DNA from: a virus
Lineage: Duplodnaviria > Caudoviricetes
Reading direction: 5' to 3' (one strand)
DNA length: 44,975 nt
IMG/VR virus record: IMGVR_UViG_3300044976_000012
Coordinates: 1 to 44,975 of that record
Positions within the stretch are counted from its first letter, which is position 1. Every line of letters starts with the position of its first letter. The notes under the pieces are model-generated. The model searched no databases, was not told the origin of the DNA, and worked only from the letters and a program-made list of their open reading frames with translations. Position numbers and translations under genes: made by a program. Positions 7,668 through 17,396 of this stretch are shown piece by piece.

Positions 7668-8978
7668 CTACGCCGGGTACGGCGGCATGAACACGTCGCG
7701 GTGGAACCACGTCGGGATCAGCAGCAGCCCCGCCGTGCGGATATCAGTTGCTGCGCTCTCGGCGTAGAACGCCCGTTTCGTCGCGCCCGCAACCTTCGGC
7801 TGCCACAGCATGATCTGGAACGACTTCCCCGACGGCTGCATGATCCCGAGGTACGTGAAGTTCCAGTGTTGGCTGATCACGAGGCCGTTGCCGATCATCT
7901 CCGTGTCCTTCCACAACGTCGCGAACCCGTAGTTCTCCTCGTTGTCGGACGCCGAGTTGGCACGCGCCGCGATGTAGACGTGATGGGGCCAGTGGATCTT
8001 CTGCCAGTTCGCGTTCGTGCCTTCGATGCCCGTGTAAGAGCTTCCTTCCCGCTGCCAGTCCTGCCAGTCGATGACGTTCAACCCTGTCGGGTTCCCGATG
8101 ATCGAGAACTCAAAGTTCGGGTCGTGAATGCCGTCGATGACCTGCGTGTCGTGGATGACTTCGTAGCCCAGCTCGGTCGCGTAGCACGTGTCCTGCGTCG
8201 CGTCCGTGTCGCCCGCCGACGGCCCGAGCACCCTGTTTCCTTCCGAGAGCGGCGCGAGCACAGACTTCATACCGAACGCGAGCGACGGCGACGGCGGCGT
8301 GTATGTCTGCGTTCCCGGCACGAAGTGGATCGAGTCGATATAGGCGATAGCGTCGGTCGCCGCGCCGAACCACATCTTCAGGTCGTAGGTCGCGTTCGGA
8401 TTGAAGTAGCCCTCGTCGGTTGCGTTCGGCGTGTCGTTGAGCTGGTACATCGAATAGCGGTACTGCGTCCAGTACTTCGTTGCGGTCGTGAGCTTCTGCC
8501 CCATGATGTTGCCGTTGTTGTCGGCGATCCCGACGTAGAAGTTCTGCTTCGATGAGCCGTTGTCCCAGATCGCTACCGTCACGAACACCTTGTAGGTGCT
8601 GACGAGCGGGTCGAAGGGAATGTCGATGAGCTTGCATGTGATCTCGGTGCAGTTCGCGTACCCGGTCGCGATGCTGTCGTTCGAGATCGCGTTGATGTCC
8701 GTGAGGATCCGGTTGTAGGTGTTCGCCGCCCCGATCGTGGAGTCCCACGCCCAATGCGCCGCGGCGATCGTGATGACTCCTCCCGGCCGGATCGCGTACC
8801 CAAGGTCGTGCGTGGAGCTGTCCCGGTATTCGGGGTCGACCGACGCGATCGGAAGGTGCGGGCTGTAGTACCGCTGGTCGAGCTGCCTCGGGTCGAACGT
8901 GTCGGCCGCTGCCTGCGACGCGACAGCTTCCAGCTTCCGGATGCGCCTCAGATGGTCGCCTATCTGCTGTTCGGTCAC
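7668..8978 (-). CDS. Minor tail / receptor-binding protein
   Basis: Last gene of the tail cluster. GTG 8978 overlaps the upstream stop. N-terminal DHLRRIRKLEA coiled segment, then a beta-rich Asn/Tyr/Trp-rich body. Confidence 0.7.
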   Translation of the reverse strand: MTEQQIGDHLRRIRKLEAVASQAAADTFDPRQLDQRYYSPHLPIASVDPEYRDSSTHDLGYAIRPGGVITIAAAHWAWDSTIGAANTYNRILTDINAISNDSIATGYANCTEITCKLIDIPFDPLVSTYKVFVTVAIWDNGSSKQNFYVGIADNNGNIMGQKLTTATKYWTQYRYSMYQLNDTPNATDEGYFNPNATYDLKMWFGAATDAIAYIDSIHFVPGTQTYTPPSPSLAFGMKSVLAPLSEGNRVLGPSAGDTDATQDTCYATELGYEVIHDTQVIDGIHDPNFEFSIIGNPTGLNVIDWQDWQREGSSYTGIEGTNANWQKIHWPHHVYIAARANSASDNEENYGFATLWKDTEMIGNGLVISQHWNFTYLGIMQPSGKSFQIMLWQPKVAGATKRAFYAESAATDIRTAGLLLIPTWFHRDVFMPPYPA

Positions 8979-10150
8979 GATCCCACCCACCCTTCGTCCG
9001 TGAACAGCAAGCCGCTGACGGCCTCCGTCCCGTTGTCGTCAATCTGGATCGGGATCGCGAGCACCCGTTGTTGCGTGTCGACCTGTTCCAGGAGGTTGCG
9101 GCTCGCGTTGACGCTGATGCGGTCGCCGGGAAGGTAATCGATCAGCGGTTGCTTCGCTCGTTGCGGAGACGGGCTGACGACGACGGTGCGCTTCCCGTTC
9201 GCGGTCGCGAGGAGCGCCTTTTCGGCCATCAGCTCGACGGCCGCCTGCGCTGTCTGCCCCGGGAAGAACTTCTCCGCGAAGTACGTGCCGAACCGTGTCT
9301 GCGACGCCGCGTCGTCCTTCGTGACGGCCGCCGCTCCTCCCTGCCCGTAGTGGTATCGGATGCTGTTCTCGCGGCCGCTGCCGTCCCGCTGGTTGTCGAT
9401 CGCGACGACGTTCCGGCCCGGCTTGTCCCACGCCATGATCGTGTTATTGCGGACGATCCCTGCCTGCGAGTACGTCTCCAGCCACACGATGTTGACGGGC
9501 GAAGCCGCCACGTCGAACACGGGCGTCAGCACCGTGTCGATCGTGCCTGTCGCTTCCAGCTCGGCCCACGCTTCCCCGACGGTGCATCCCTGCTGGAACG
9601 TGATCTCCGCGATCGGATCGGTGTCGTTCAGCTCCGGCGAGCTTGTGTAGTCGATCCACGTCGGCCCGTCTACCAACTCGCTCGCCGTCAGCAAGGCGAC
9701 GAGAATGTCGCGTCCCGTCGCGCCCGTAAACGTTAGGCCTGCGCTGCCCGGCAGCGTTCCTGCCCCGTCCCGTACCGGCCGCTTGAACATCATCTGCCGC
9801 GGGTCATACGCGACGTACCGCGTGAAAGCGTTGTCCTGCTCCGCTGCCGTCCCGACGAGCATCGGGATTCCCGCGAACCGGCAGCTCCACACGTCCATGC
9901 TGCCGCTGCCGTCGCGTCGCATCCCGAAGATGAAGCGGTCGCCCTCGCTCAGATAGGCGTAGCCGTCCGTCCAGGGAATGTTGACCTTCGGGTTGTCGGA
10001 CGGCACCCGGCCCTCGTGGATGCGCGGCGCGTTCAACGTCACCGTGACGGTGCGGTTGCTCGCGATCCGGTCGAGCAGCGTCAGCGTCTCCATCTCCTGC
10101 GTCGTGATGATGAAGCGCCAGTCCGGGCTGTCGAAGAACCGGTCGCCCAT
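8975..10150 (-). CDS. Minor tail protein (baseplate hub/Tal-like)
   Basis: Position after the Dit-like gene; C-terminal DYLPGDRISV motif typical of actinophage minor tail proteins. Confidence 0.75.
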   Translation of the reverse strand: MGDRFFDSPDWRFIITTQEMETLTLLDRIASNRTVTVTLNAPRIHEGRVPSDNPKVNIPWTDGYAYLSEGDRFIFGMRRDGSGSMDVWSCRFAGIPMLVGTAAEQDNAFTRYVAYDPRQMMFKRPVRDGAGTLPGSAGLTFTGATGRDILVALLTASELVDGPTWIDYTSSPELNDTDPIAEITFQQGCTVGEAWAELEATGTIDTVLTPVFDVAASPVNIVWLETYSQAGIVRNNTIMAWDKPGRNVVAIDNQRDGSGRENSIRYHYGQGGAAAVTKDDAASQTRFGTYFAEKFFPGQTAQAAVELMAEKALLATANGKRTVVVSPSPQRAKQPLIDYLPGDRISVNASRNLLEQVDTQQRVLAIPIQIDDNGTEAVSGLLFTDEGWVGS

Positions 10151-11008
10151 CTACATGTACGCCTGATTGACGAGGAACCTCGCGTCCGCGTTCGTCGTGA
10201 TCGAGTTGCTGCCCGGCACCAGCGGGAAGAAGTCGCTGCTTTCCAGCACGATCCCCGCCATCGCGTCCGACAGCACCGGCCCGGCCGCAAACTTCGTCGC
10301 GACGTTCCTGAACGTGTCGATCTCCAGATACTCTCCGCCCGCGATCGTCGGCGCCCCCGGCCTCGCATTGTCGTAGCTGATCGAGACGCCGAGGCCGTTG
10401 TGCGTGATCACGAAGTCTCCTCCCGTGAACGGCCCGTACACCTTGATGACCGGCATGAACCATGCGGTGCCCGTCATCACGATCGCGCCCGTCGTGTTGT
10501 TGATGACGTCCAGCGTCTGGTTCTCGTCCATCGAGTACGGGAACGGGCTGTCGAGCGTGAACCCCTGCTGCGCCCGCACGTTGTCGATGATCTTCGGGTT
10601 GTCGATCGGCCCGAGCTGAATGTCGTCGATCATGCGGGTGTTCTTCCCGGTCGGCGTCCACGTCAGTCTGCTCGCCCCTTGCGTGTCCTTCAGGAGCGCG
10701 TAAAGGTGGCCGCGCAGCGTGTCCATCGCGGTCGTCAGGTCGGCTCCGCACGTCGGCTGCTCCTGCGTATCCCACCGCTCCAAAGCCAGCACCGCCTCGA
10801 CTCCCGACGCGAACCCCTTGCCGAGAATGCTGCCGTCGGCGGCCGGGACTTCGCTGCGTGTCAGCCTCGATTGCCAGCCGACAGACGACGAGTTAGGGAC
10901 GGGCTGCCAGCGCGGCCATACCGCCTGCCCCATCCCGTCTTCCTCGTTGATCTTCAGCGTGCCGTACGGCGTCGTCAGCAGCATCGGAACGTCCCATTCG
11001 TAGATCAC
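10151..11008 (-). CDS. Distal tail protein (Dit-like)
   Basis: Directly after the tape measure gene; C-terminal FFPLVPGSNSI motif. Confidence 0.75.
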   Translation of the reverse strand: MIYEWDVPMLLTTPYGTLKINEEDGMGQAVWPRWQPVPNSSSVGWQSRLTRSEVPAADGSILGKGFASGVEAVLALERWDTQEQPTCGADLTTAMDTLRGHLYALLKDTQGASRLTWTPTGKNTRMIDDIQLGPIDNPKIIDNVRAQQGFTLDSPFPYSMDENQTLDVINNTTGAIVMTGTAWFMPVIKVYGPFTGGDFVITHNGLGVSISYDNARPGAPTIAGGEYLEIDTFRNVATKFAAGPVLSDAMAGIVLESSDFFPLVPGSNSITTNADARFLVNQAYM

Positions 11009-13521
11009 GGCAGCCCTCCTGTCGCGGTCGCTGTCTCGCGTGTCTGCCCGATTCCGGTCAGCCCGTCGATGTTGCGTCCGCGCGGCTTCGGCTGCGGCGT
11101 CTGCGACCCGGGCGCGATGATGCGGAGCAGCCGGTTCGTCTCCTGCTGCTCGCGTAGCGCGAGCGCGTCGCGTTGCGCCTGCCCGACGGCAAGGTCGCGG
11201 AGAAGCTGGTCAACCGTGATCGTGTTGACGCTGCCCGTGACGCTCGAGCTGCCCGACGACGTGCTCGACCCGCGCGCCCCGGCGCCCGTCGCGAACACCC
11301 CGAGCTTGCCCGGATCCTGCCCCGTGATCTTCGCCGTGATCTGCGCTGCCGTGCTGATGCCAGCGGCCCGCAGATCCTTCTCGATCTGCGTGGCGCTCGT
11401 GCTCAGCCCCTTGTCGTTCAGTTTCTTCGCGTCCGCCTGCACCTTTAGCAGTTCGTCCTGGAGGTTGCCGCGCCGCTCGCTCCCCTTCTTCGTCTGTGAG
11501 ATCTGCTTGCGGAGGAACGCTGCCTCGGCGTCGAGCGCCTTCAGCTCGGCCGCGCCGTCGTTCGCGAGCCGCGCCTGCCGCACCTGACGGTCGAACGCAT
11601 CGAGCCGCGCCTTGATCGCCGCGTCGCGCTTGCTCGATGCCCTCTCCGCAGCCGCCTTGCGGGCCGCCACGCGCTTCTCGACAGCGGCCGCGTTCTCGCT
11701 CGCGATCTCGCTCTCAATCCCGGAGATCTCGTTCTGAGCCGACAGGAGCGCATCCTTCAACTGACGGCGCTGCTCGGCGCTCCGCTTCGTGTCCTTCAGC
11801 TGCTCGACGAGGAACGCTTCCTCCTTCTTCAACGCCGTCAGCTCGCCCGACCGCGACCGCGCGATCTGCGCGTCCGTGCGTAGCTCTCCGAATCCTTCCA
11901 GCCGCGCCTCGACTTGCTTGAACGTCAAGCGGCTCGGGCCGGTGCGCTTCGGTGGCGCCTTCGTCGGTCGCTTCGCTGCCGCGTCGCGGGCACGTTGTGC
12001 TGCGCCTTCCTCGGGCCTCCGGCCGATGCCCTTGCCTTTGCCAGCGGCCGCTGCGAGCCTTCCGTTCAGCGCCCGCAAGTCAGCGGCGCTCAGGTTCGCA
12101 ACCGACTTGTTCCCGAGCGTCTTGACCGCCGCGATCTCGTCCTTCGTTAGTCGCTCACCAGCCTGGACTTTCGCGACAAGCGCCATCACAAACGGGTACT
12201 TGCGCTCGTCTCCGCCTTCGCCACCCGAGCCGGGTGTCGTCAAGATCGCGATCGCTTCGATTGTGGCGACAGTCCCTGCCGCGAGTCCAACAGACACGAG
12301 AGCCTTAAGCGCAGCCGAACCGAACACGGCCTGCGCCGCGAACTTCGCGCCCGGGATTCTGCGGACGAACCGGCCGAGCCTCGTCGCCTTGCTCGGCTTC
12401 ACCTTCGGTGTGCTGCGCGGCAGCGGCTTCCCGTCCGGCCCGAGAATCGGCCCGCCCGTCCCGCCCGGCCCTCCGGGTGTGACGATGACGGAACGCGGCC
12501 GGTATGCGGTGTCGAGCGCGGCCTCCGCGATCGCTGCGTCCTCGACGACCTTGATCGTCGTGCGGCGGCTGCTCGCCGCGATGAACGCGAACGACGCCGC
12601 CACCCCTCGCACGGCTCCGGCGAACTTGACGACCTTGCTGATCGCGAACGCGGCGACGAGGATCTTGACGGCGTTCTCGACGCCCCCGACAGCCTCGATC
12701 GCCGGGCCGGTGACGGTGCGGATCAGGTCGATGCCGTCCGCGACTCCCCGCACGACTTCGCCCGTCACCTTCATCGCCTCGTTCACGCGGCGTTGCGTCT
12801 CGCCTGTCTCGTTCGCGTGCTGAAGGTACTCGCCGACGCGGTTGCTGAGATCCGTGATCGTCGGGAGCAGCGCGCCGCCGACGATCTCCTGCGTGTCGCC
12901 CCACACCTTGTTGAGCTTCGCCTGCGCTCCCTCGGCGCCCGACGCGAACGCCTCCGCGCTCCCCGCGACCTTCTGCTGCAACGCCGCCAGCGCTTCGCTC
13001 GCGGTCGCCCCGTCCTTCAGTGTGATGCCGTACCGCCGGAGGATGCCGACGTTGCCTCCCGCGACCTTCGCGACGATGAGAGCTGCACCGGCGAGGTCGC
13101 GCTGCCCGTTCGTCATCCGTGCCGTCGCGAGATCCCCGGCGAGCGCCGTCAGCTCCAGCGACTGCTTGACGTCCTTGACGTTGCGGACGATCCGCGTGAA
13201 CCCCTGCACGACCTCCTCGTCGTCGAACGCCTGGAGCTTCGCCTGCTGGTTGGCTGCCGCCTCGACCTGATCGCCGTACTGCTCCCACGAGTTGCCGGTC
13301 GTCTTCAGCGCCGCGGCCGCTTGCAGCTGGATCGTCTGCGCTTCCTTCGCTGCCGCTGTCGCCTTCCGGATCTCACTGACGACGGCGGCGACGCCGATAC
13401 CGATGCCCGCGATCCCGGCCACTGACCGGAGGCCGCCGCTGATGCCGCGCTTCGCTTCGGCGCCGAACGTCTTCGTGTCCGGGCGAACCCTGACGAACGC
13501 CTCACCGACCATGTTGCTCAC
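11005..13521 (-). CDS. Tape measure protein
   Basis: 838 aa, Ala/Gly-rich and helical. N-terminus VGEAFVRVRPD, plus FDDEEV and GNVGILRRYGI segments. Follows the chaperone genes. Confidence 0.9.
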   Translation of the reverse strand: MSNMVGEAFVRVRPDTKTFGAEAKRGISGGLRSVAGIAGIGIGVAAVVSEIRKATAAAKEAQTIQLQAAAALKTTGNSWEQYGDQVEAAANQQAKLQAFDDEEVVQGFTRIVRNVKDVKQSLELTALAGDLATARMTNGQRDLAGAALIVAKVAGGNVGILRRYGITLKDGATASEALAALQQKVAGSAEAFASGAEGAQAKLNKVWGDTQEIVGGALLPTITDLSNRVGEYLQHANETGETQRRVNEAMKVTGEVVRGVADGIDLIRTVTGPAIEAVGGVENAVKILVAAFAISKVVKFAGAVRGVAASFAFIAASSRRTTIKVVEDAAIAEAALDTAYRPRSVIVTPGGPGGTGGPILGPDGKPLPRSTPKVKPSKATRLGRFVRRIPGAKFAAQAVFGSAALKALVSVGLAAGTVATIEAIAILTTPGSGGEGGDERKYPFVMALVAKVQAGERLTKDEIAAVKTLGNKSVANLSAADLRALNGRLAAAAGKGKGIGRRPEEGAAQRARDAAAKRPTKAPPKRTGPSRLTFKQVEARLEGFGELRTDAQIARSRSGELTALKKEEAFLVEQLKDTKRSAEQRRQLKDALLSAQNEISGIESEIASENAAAVEKRVAARKAAAERASSKRDAAIKARLDAFDRQVRQARLANDGAAELKALDAEAAFLRKQISQTKKGSERRGNLQDELLKVQADAKKLNDKGLSTSATQIEKDLRAAGISTAAQITAKITGQDPGKLGVFATGAGARGSSTSSGSSSVTGSVNTITVDQLLRDLAVGQAQRDALALREQQETNRLLRIIAPGSQTPQPKPRGRNIDGLTGIGQTRETATATGGLP

Positions 13522-13868
13522 GCCGGTGCCGCCTTCCTGCTGACCGGCGGGATGCCGCCGCCGTACGCCATCAGCGTCGCCATCGTCTCCTCGTTCTTCC
13601 GCATCGCTTCGCGCTCGTCCGCGGCTGCTTGTGCGGCCAGCTCCTCGGGCGTCGGCGGCGGCGAGAACCAGTCACGGATCGCGGTGATGCCCTCGTCCAA
13701 CGACAGGCCGACGTGGCGAAGGTCGTCGAGGACGATCGCGTACGCCGCGCTCGTGAGCTGCCGTGCGTTCATGCCGCGCGGATCTCCTCCTCCGACGAGG
13801 ATGCGTCCGTCGATGACGGCCCGGTGCTGTTCGGCCCATCGGTAGATGCCGACGGCCGTGTCGTAGGG
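13518..13868 (-). CDS. Tail assembly chaperone T part (probably reached by -1 frameshift)
   Basis: Frame PYDTAVGIYRWAEQHRAVIDGR...AYAIVLDD overlaps the end of the G chaperone, and its stop overlaps the TMP start. Confidence 0.6.
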   Translation of the reverse strand, partial: PYDTAVGIYRWAEQHRAVIDGRILVGGGDPRGMNARQLTSAAYAIVLDDLRHVGLSLDEGITAIRDWFSPPPTPEELAAQAAADEREAMRKNEETMATLMAYGGGIPPVSRKAAPA

Positions 13869-14227
13869 AGTCGCGTCTCGACCTCGACGAGCCACTTCCC
13901 GATCGCCTGCAACTCGTGCAGCTGCACCGGGTTCCGGCATCCTGCGTCGCGGAGTTCGGCGTACGGGTCGTCGGCGTCGTCGAGCCAATCCTTGCCGCGC
14001 ACCGCGTTCCACCGGTCGGCGTCCTCGGGCACGAGGTATTCCAGAATGCCGCGATCCATCATCTCGATCACGCCGAGGCTGCTCGGCTCGTACGCGCTGT
14101 CCTCGATCGTCGCGATCGCCTCGGGCCGCACCTTGTCGCGTCGCGTGAACGTCTCGTCACGCAGCGTGAAGCGCATATCCTCGTCGGAGAGCGGTACGGG
14201 CCTGCTGTCGCTGTCGAAGTTTCTCAT
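13769..14227 (-). CDS. Tail assembly chaperone G
   Basis: GGAGG SD; acidic protein ending in a low-complexity Ser/Thr tail after RLPT; immediately upstream of TMP. Confidence 0.75.
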   Translation of the reverse strand: MRNFDSDSRPVPLSDEDMRFTLRDETFTRRDKVRPEAIATIEDSAYEPSSLGVIEMMDRGILEYLVPEDADRWNAVRGKDWLDDADDPYAELRDAGCRNPVQLHELQAIGKWLVEVETRLPTTRPSASTDGPNSTGPSSTDASSSEEEIRAA

Positions 14228-14259
14228 GGGGCCGTTCCTCCTGTCGTGTATGGGGCCGC

Positions 14260-14610
14260 TCAGAAAGCTATGAGCGCGGGCCGCAGGAACGGGTACGTGA
14301 CTCCGTTCCGCAGGCCCGTCTCTAGCCAGTAGCCGTATGGGACGTTCGTGCCGATGTCAGCGTACAAGCCAGCGGTGTCGCTGCCGATCTGCCACGCGAT
14401 CGAGCTGCGGAGCCTGCCGGTGTCGACGTTCGGGCCGCGGCCTTCCGCGTTCGTCGCTCCCTCGACGCCTCGCCCGGTCGCGTTCAACCGTGCTTCGTTC
14501 GTGACCCGTACTGCGCCGCGTCCGAGGTAGCGGGCGACGTCGCCGTTCGGGCCGTTCAGGTAGCGGCGCAGCTTCGCCTGATCGAAGCGCACGTCAACGT
14601 CGGCGCTCAC
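14260..14610 (-). CDS. HK97 gp10-like neck/tail completion protein
   Basis: PNVDTGRLRSSI...IGTNVPYGYWLETG...PFLRPAL motif. GTG 14610 overlaps the upstream stop. Confidence 0.8.
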   Translation of the reverse strand: MSADVDVRFDQAKLRRYLNGPNGDVARYLGRGAVRVTNEARLNATGRGVEGATNAEGRGPNVDTGRLRSSIAWQIGSDTAGLYADIGTNVPYGYWLETGLRNGVTYPFLRPALIAF

Positions 14611-15149
14611 GATCCGAGCGGCACCTGATAGCCGTCGAGCTGGACGAAGATCGGGAGCTGCCAGCCGCCGAACCCTCCGCTCGTCTGCATCGCCGTTGCC
14701 CTCCCGACGGCGACGGCCGAGCACAGGTCGTTGAAGCGGCCCTGCTTGCGTGCGGTGTTGATGCCGCACCAGCACACCCAGGCGTCCGCGTTCGTCTGCG
14801 CCGCTGCCGCGCTAAGGGTCGCGACGTCCGGCGCGAAGCTCTTGCCTGCCTTCGGGAGCGCCGGGACGCAGCGGACGACCATCAGCATGTACGACGGAAA
14901 GTTGACTCGGCCCATCTGGCCGCGCAGCCCGGTCGCGAGCTGGTTGCCGTCGGGTGCCGTGTCGGCCTCGTCGATCTGCGGCATCCACACGACGACCTGT
15001 TCGCAGTCAACGGCGGGCGTGCCTGCCGCGATGTACTGGCGGGTCGGCGCCCCGAGCAGCGTCGCGTCTTCGTCGGGTAGCGTCGCGAGTGCTGCGACGG
15101 CCACGTCGAGGAACGCTTCAGCGGCGTTGTGCGCGTCGAGCGCCGCCAT
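14607..15149 (-). CDS. Head-tail connector / tail terminator-like protein
   Basis: GGAGG SD before ATG 15149; VVRC and GGFGGW motifs; position between the adaptor and the gp10-like gene. Confidence 0.65.
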   Translation of the reverse strand: MAALDAHNAAEAFLDVAVAALATLPDEDATLLGAPTRQYIAAGTPAVDCEQVVVWMPQIDEADTAPDGNQLATGLRGQMGRVNFPSYMLMVVRCVPALPKAGKSFAPDVATLSAAAAQTNADAWVCWCGINTARKQGRFNDLCSAVAVGRATAMQTSGGFGGWQLPIFVQLDGYQVPLGS

Positions 15150-15150
15150 C

Positions 15151-16230
15151 CTAGCCTCCGGGCCTGTACGGGTACTGCTGCGTGTCAGGCGACCATACGG
15201 CGCTGCGCTGCGGCAGCTGATCCGGGTTGTAGGTTCCGAGGAACAGGTCGACGGACGCAAGGCCAACCGCTCCGGCGGCGAGTGCTGTCGCGAGTGCGCT
15301 CCGGTCGAGTGTGACGCCCTGCCTGACTACCTTCGTGACGCCGCTCGGGATCTGGCAGTCGTCCGCGCCGCTGCACATCTTGTAGATCTCGCAGCCGAGC
15401 TCTTTCGCTGCCGTGACGGCCATCTGCGGCGGGTCGGCCCCGTACGTATACGTCACGCTCCACGTGTTCTCCTCGGTGTTCGGGAGGTCGAGGATCTGCC
15501 GTGCGGGCCACGCGACCGGAACCGTCGGTGCCGCCACGTCGCGCATCCGAATGAGGTCGCGCTGATAGTCAAGACGGTAGTCGGCGCTCGTCAGGAACGC
15601 TCCGTCGACCTTGACCGCGATGATCTCCCTGACCGGTACTCCAGCGAGCGTCACCTTCGACAGGCACGCGCACCGCAAGCCTCCGGCGCCGACGTACCCG
15701 CGGCTCATCCACGGGCCTCTGTCGAATGTTCCGCACGTGTGGCAGACGGTCGGGCGCACCGTGACCGGCCCTGCCAGCCCCTCAAACTGACGGCCGCTCA
15801 GGACGAACAGAATGTCGTTCGACGCGGCCGCGGCGTCGTCGAGCGCCGCCACCACGTCGCTGCCGCTGCCCGTAATGTCGCAGCACTCCGCGATGTCGTC
15901 GCCCGTGATCCACTCGACGGTCGGCGCGGTGCCGCCGCCTGCGGTGCCGACGATCAGCTCCTCGCTCGCGCTGTTCGGATCCGCCTCGTTGTCGTCCCAC
16001 ACGACGAGGTACGTGTCGGGCGTATCGGGCGCATAAAGCGTGACGCCGTACCGTGCGAGGCTGCCGATCGGCGCGATCTCGGTGATGCCCGCTGCCGTCG
16101 GGCCGAACAGGAGGTTGTCGTTCTGGTCGTAGATCGCGACGGTGATCTGTCCGACGAGGCCCGGGTCGAACGCCTCCGCGAAAGCGTCGAACGGTGCGCC
16201 GGGCGCAACAGGGTTCGCGGAGCCGATCAC
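15151..16230 (-). CDS. Head-to-tail adaptor with an N-terminal extra domain
   Basis: AAAASNDILFVLSGRQF, VTYTYG.DPP..A..AAKEL.CE and VTKVVRQGVT motifs of actinophage adaptors. GTG 16230 overlaps the GT stop. Confidence 0.75.
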   Translation of the reverse strand: MIGSANPVAPGAPFDAFAEAFDPGLVGQITVAIYDQNDNLLFGPTAAGITEIAPIGSLARYGVTLYAPDTPDTYLVVWDDNEADPNSASEELIVGTAGGGTAPTVEWITGDDIAECCDITGSGSDVVAALDDAAAASNDILFVLSGRQFEGLAGPVTVRPTVCHTCGTFDRGPWMSRGYVGAGGLRCACLSKVTLAGVPVREIIAVKVDGAFLTSADYRLDYQRDLIRMRDVAAPTVPVAWPARQILDLPNTEENTWSVTYTYGADPPQMAVTAAKELGCEIYKMCSGADDCQIPSGVTKVVRQGVTLDRSALATALAAGAVGLASVDLFLGTYNPDQLPQRSAVWSPDTQQYPYRPGG

Positions 16231-17396
16231 GCGCTGATTGTCGCAGCTTCCGGTGACGGCTCCGACCTGAGTGCTGTCCAGCCTTCGCCCCACAGGCCGT
16301 CGAGGTTCGTGAACCAGCGGTCGTACTGCGGGCCAACGGCCTCCAGCGAGTACCGGCCGAGCGCGTAGTCGCGCACGTTGCTCCGGTTCAACATGATCGC
16401 CTGCCGGGTGCGGTCGACGGCCTCCTGCAACGTCTGGAAGCGGTAGCCAGACACGCCCTCCGTGACCGTCTCCGTGAACGCTCCGAAGTCGGTCGTCACG
16501 ACCGGCGTGCCGCACATCATGCTCTCGACCGCCACGCCTCCGAACGGCTCCACGTACAGGGTCGGCATCAGCGTCACCGCTGCTCCTCCCATCAGCTCGG
16601 CGCGCTCGACGATGCCGACGGGGCCGACGTACGCGAGCTTCGGCGCCCGCGCTTCGCCCTCGGGGAACACGACGTAGCCGTCGCCCCACTCCGTCGCTCC
16701 CGGCCCCGCGACGACGAGCCGCATATCGAGCGCTTCCGCAACGCGCGCCGCGATATGGACGCCCTTCTGAGAGATGAGCCTGCCCATGAACAACAGGTAG
16801 TCGCCACCGCCGCCTTCGGGCAGCTCGTCCCGGTCAAAGAAGTTCGGGATCACGGTGTCGTACTCGCGCCCCCGCCGCCAGCCCTGGAGGCCGTAGATGA
16901 GATGCCGGTGCGAATGCGACTCGTACGCCGCGAAGCACGGGCCTGCCGTCTTCGCGCGCGTCGTGATGATGCCCTCGTAGCCGACGCCGAACTCCGCGAC
17001 CGTCAGCTGCGGCAATGCTTCCGCGATGATCTGCTGCGACGTGCCCGACGACAGCAGCAGCAGATCTTCCTTGTCCGCCCGAGCCATGATCTCGCCAATC
17101 GCGCGGGCGTTCATCTCCGTCCACCACGGAGACGACGCATGGAAGTCGAAGCCTCCTCGGTCGAGCCGCGCCTCGTCAGGATTTCCGAACCACTCCTGCC
17201 TCCGGGCCTCCGTCACGCACGTCACGTGCTCGTCGCACGGCGCCGTGTTGAACTCGCTGCCGTACAGAATCACCCGTCGGTCGCCGCCCGTCATCATGCC
17301 GCAGAACTTGCGTAGCTTCTCGGTGTACGCGCACGTGGCCCACTGGCCGTCCGTATGAGTGTGCGGCAGCCCAACGACGTGAAGTGTGCTCGTCAC
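16227..17396 (-). CDS. Glycosyltransferase, GT-B fold (GT4 / Glycos_transf_1-like)
   Basis: YLLFMGRLISQKG, PTLYVEPFGGVAVESMMCGTPVVTTDFGAFTETV (EX7E motif). GTG 17396. Confidence 0.9.
   Translation of the reverse strand: MTSTLHVVGLPHTHTDGQWATCAYTEKLRKFCGMMTGGDRRVILYGSEFNTAPCDEHVTCVTEARRQEWFGNPDEARLDRGGFDFHASSPWWTEMNARAIGEIMARADKEDLLLLSSGTSQQIIAEALPQLTVAEFGVGYEGIITTRAKTAGPCFAAYESHSHRHLIYGLQGWRRGREYDTVIPNFFDRDELPEGGGGDYLLFMGRLISQKGVHIAARVAEALDMRLVVAGPGATEWGDGYVVFPEGEARAPKLAYVGPVGIVERAELMGGAAVTLMPTLYVEPFGGVAVESMMCGTPVVTTDFGAFTETVTEGVSGYRFQTLQEAVDRTRQAIMLNRSNVRDYALGRYSLEAVGPQYDRWFTNLDGLWGEGWTALRSEPSPEAATISA
16237..16258 (-). promoter_or_regulatory. Putative late promoter CGTCACC-N9-GACAAT
   Basis: Inside the 3' end of the GT4 gene, 6 nt before the GTG of the adaptor gene. 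Confidence 0.6.

Noticed and set aside
7668-8978. Diversity-generating retroelement target in the receptor-binding gene
   Set aside because: No reverse transcriptase and no second copy (template repeat) of the 3' end seen in the window.
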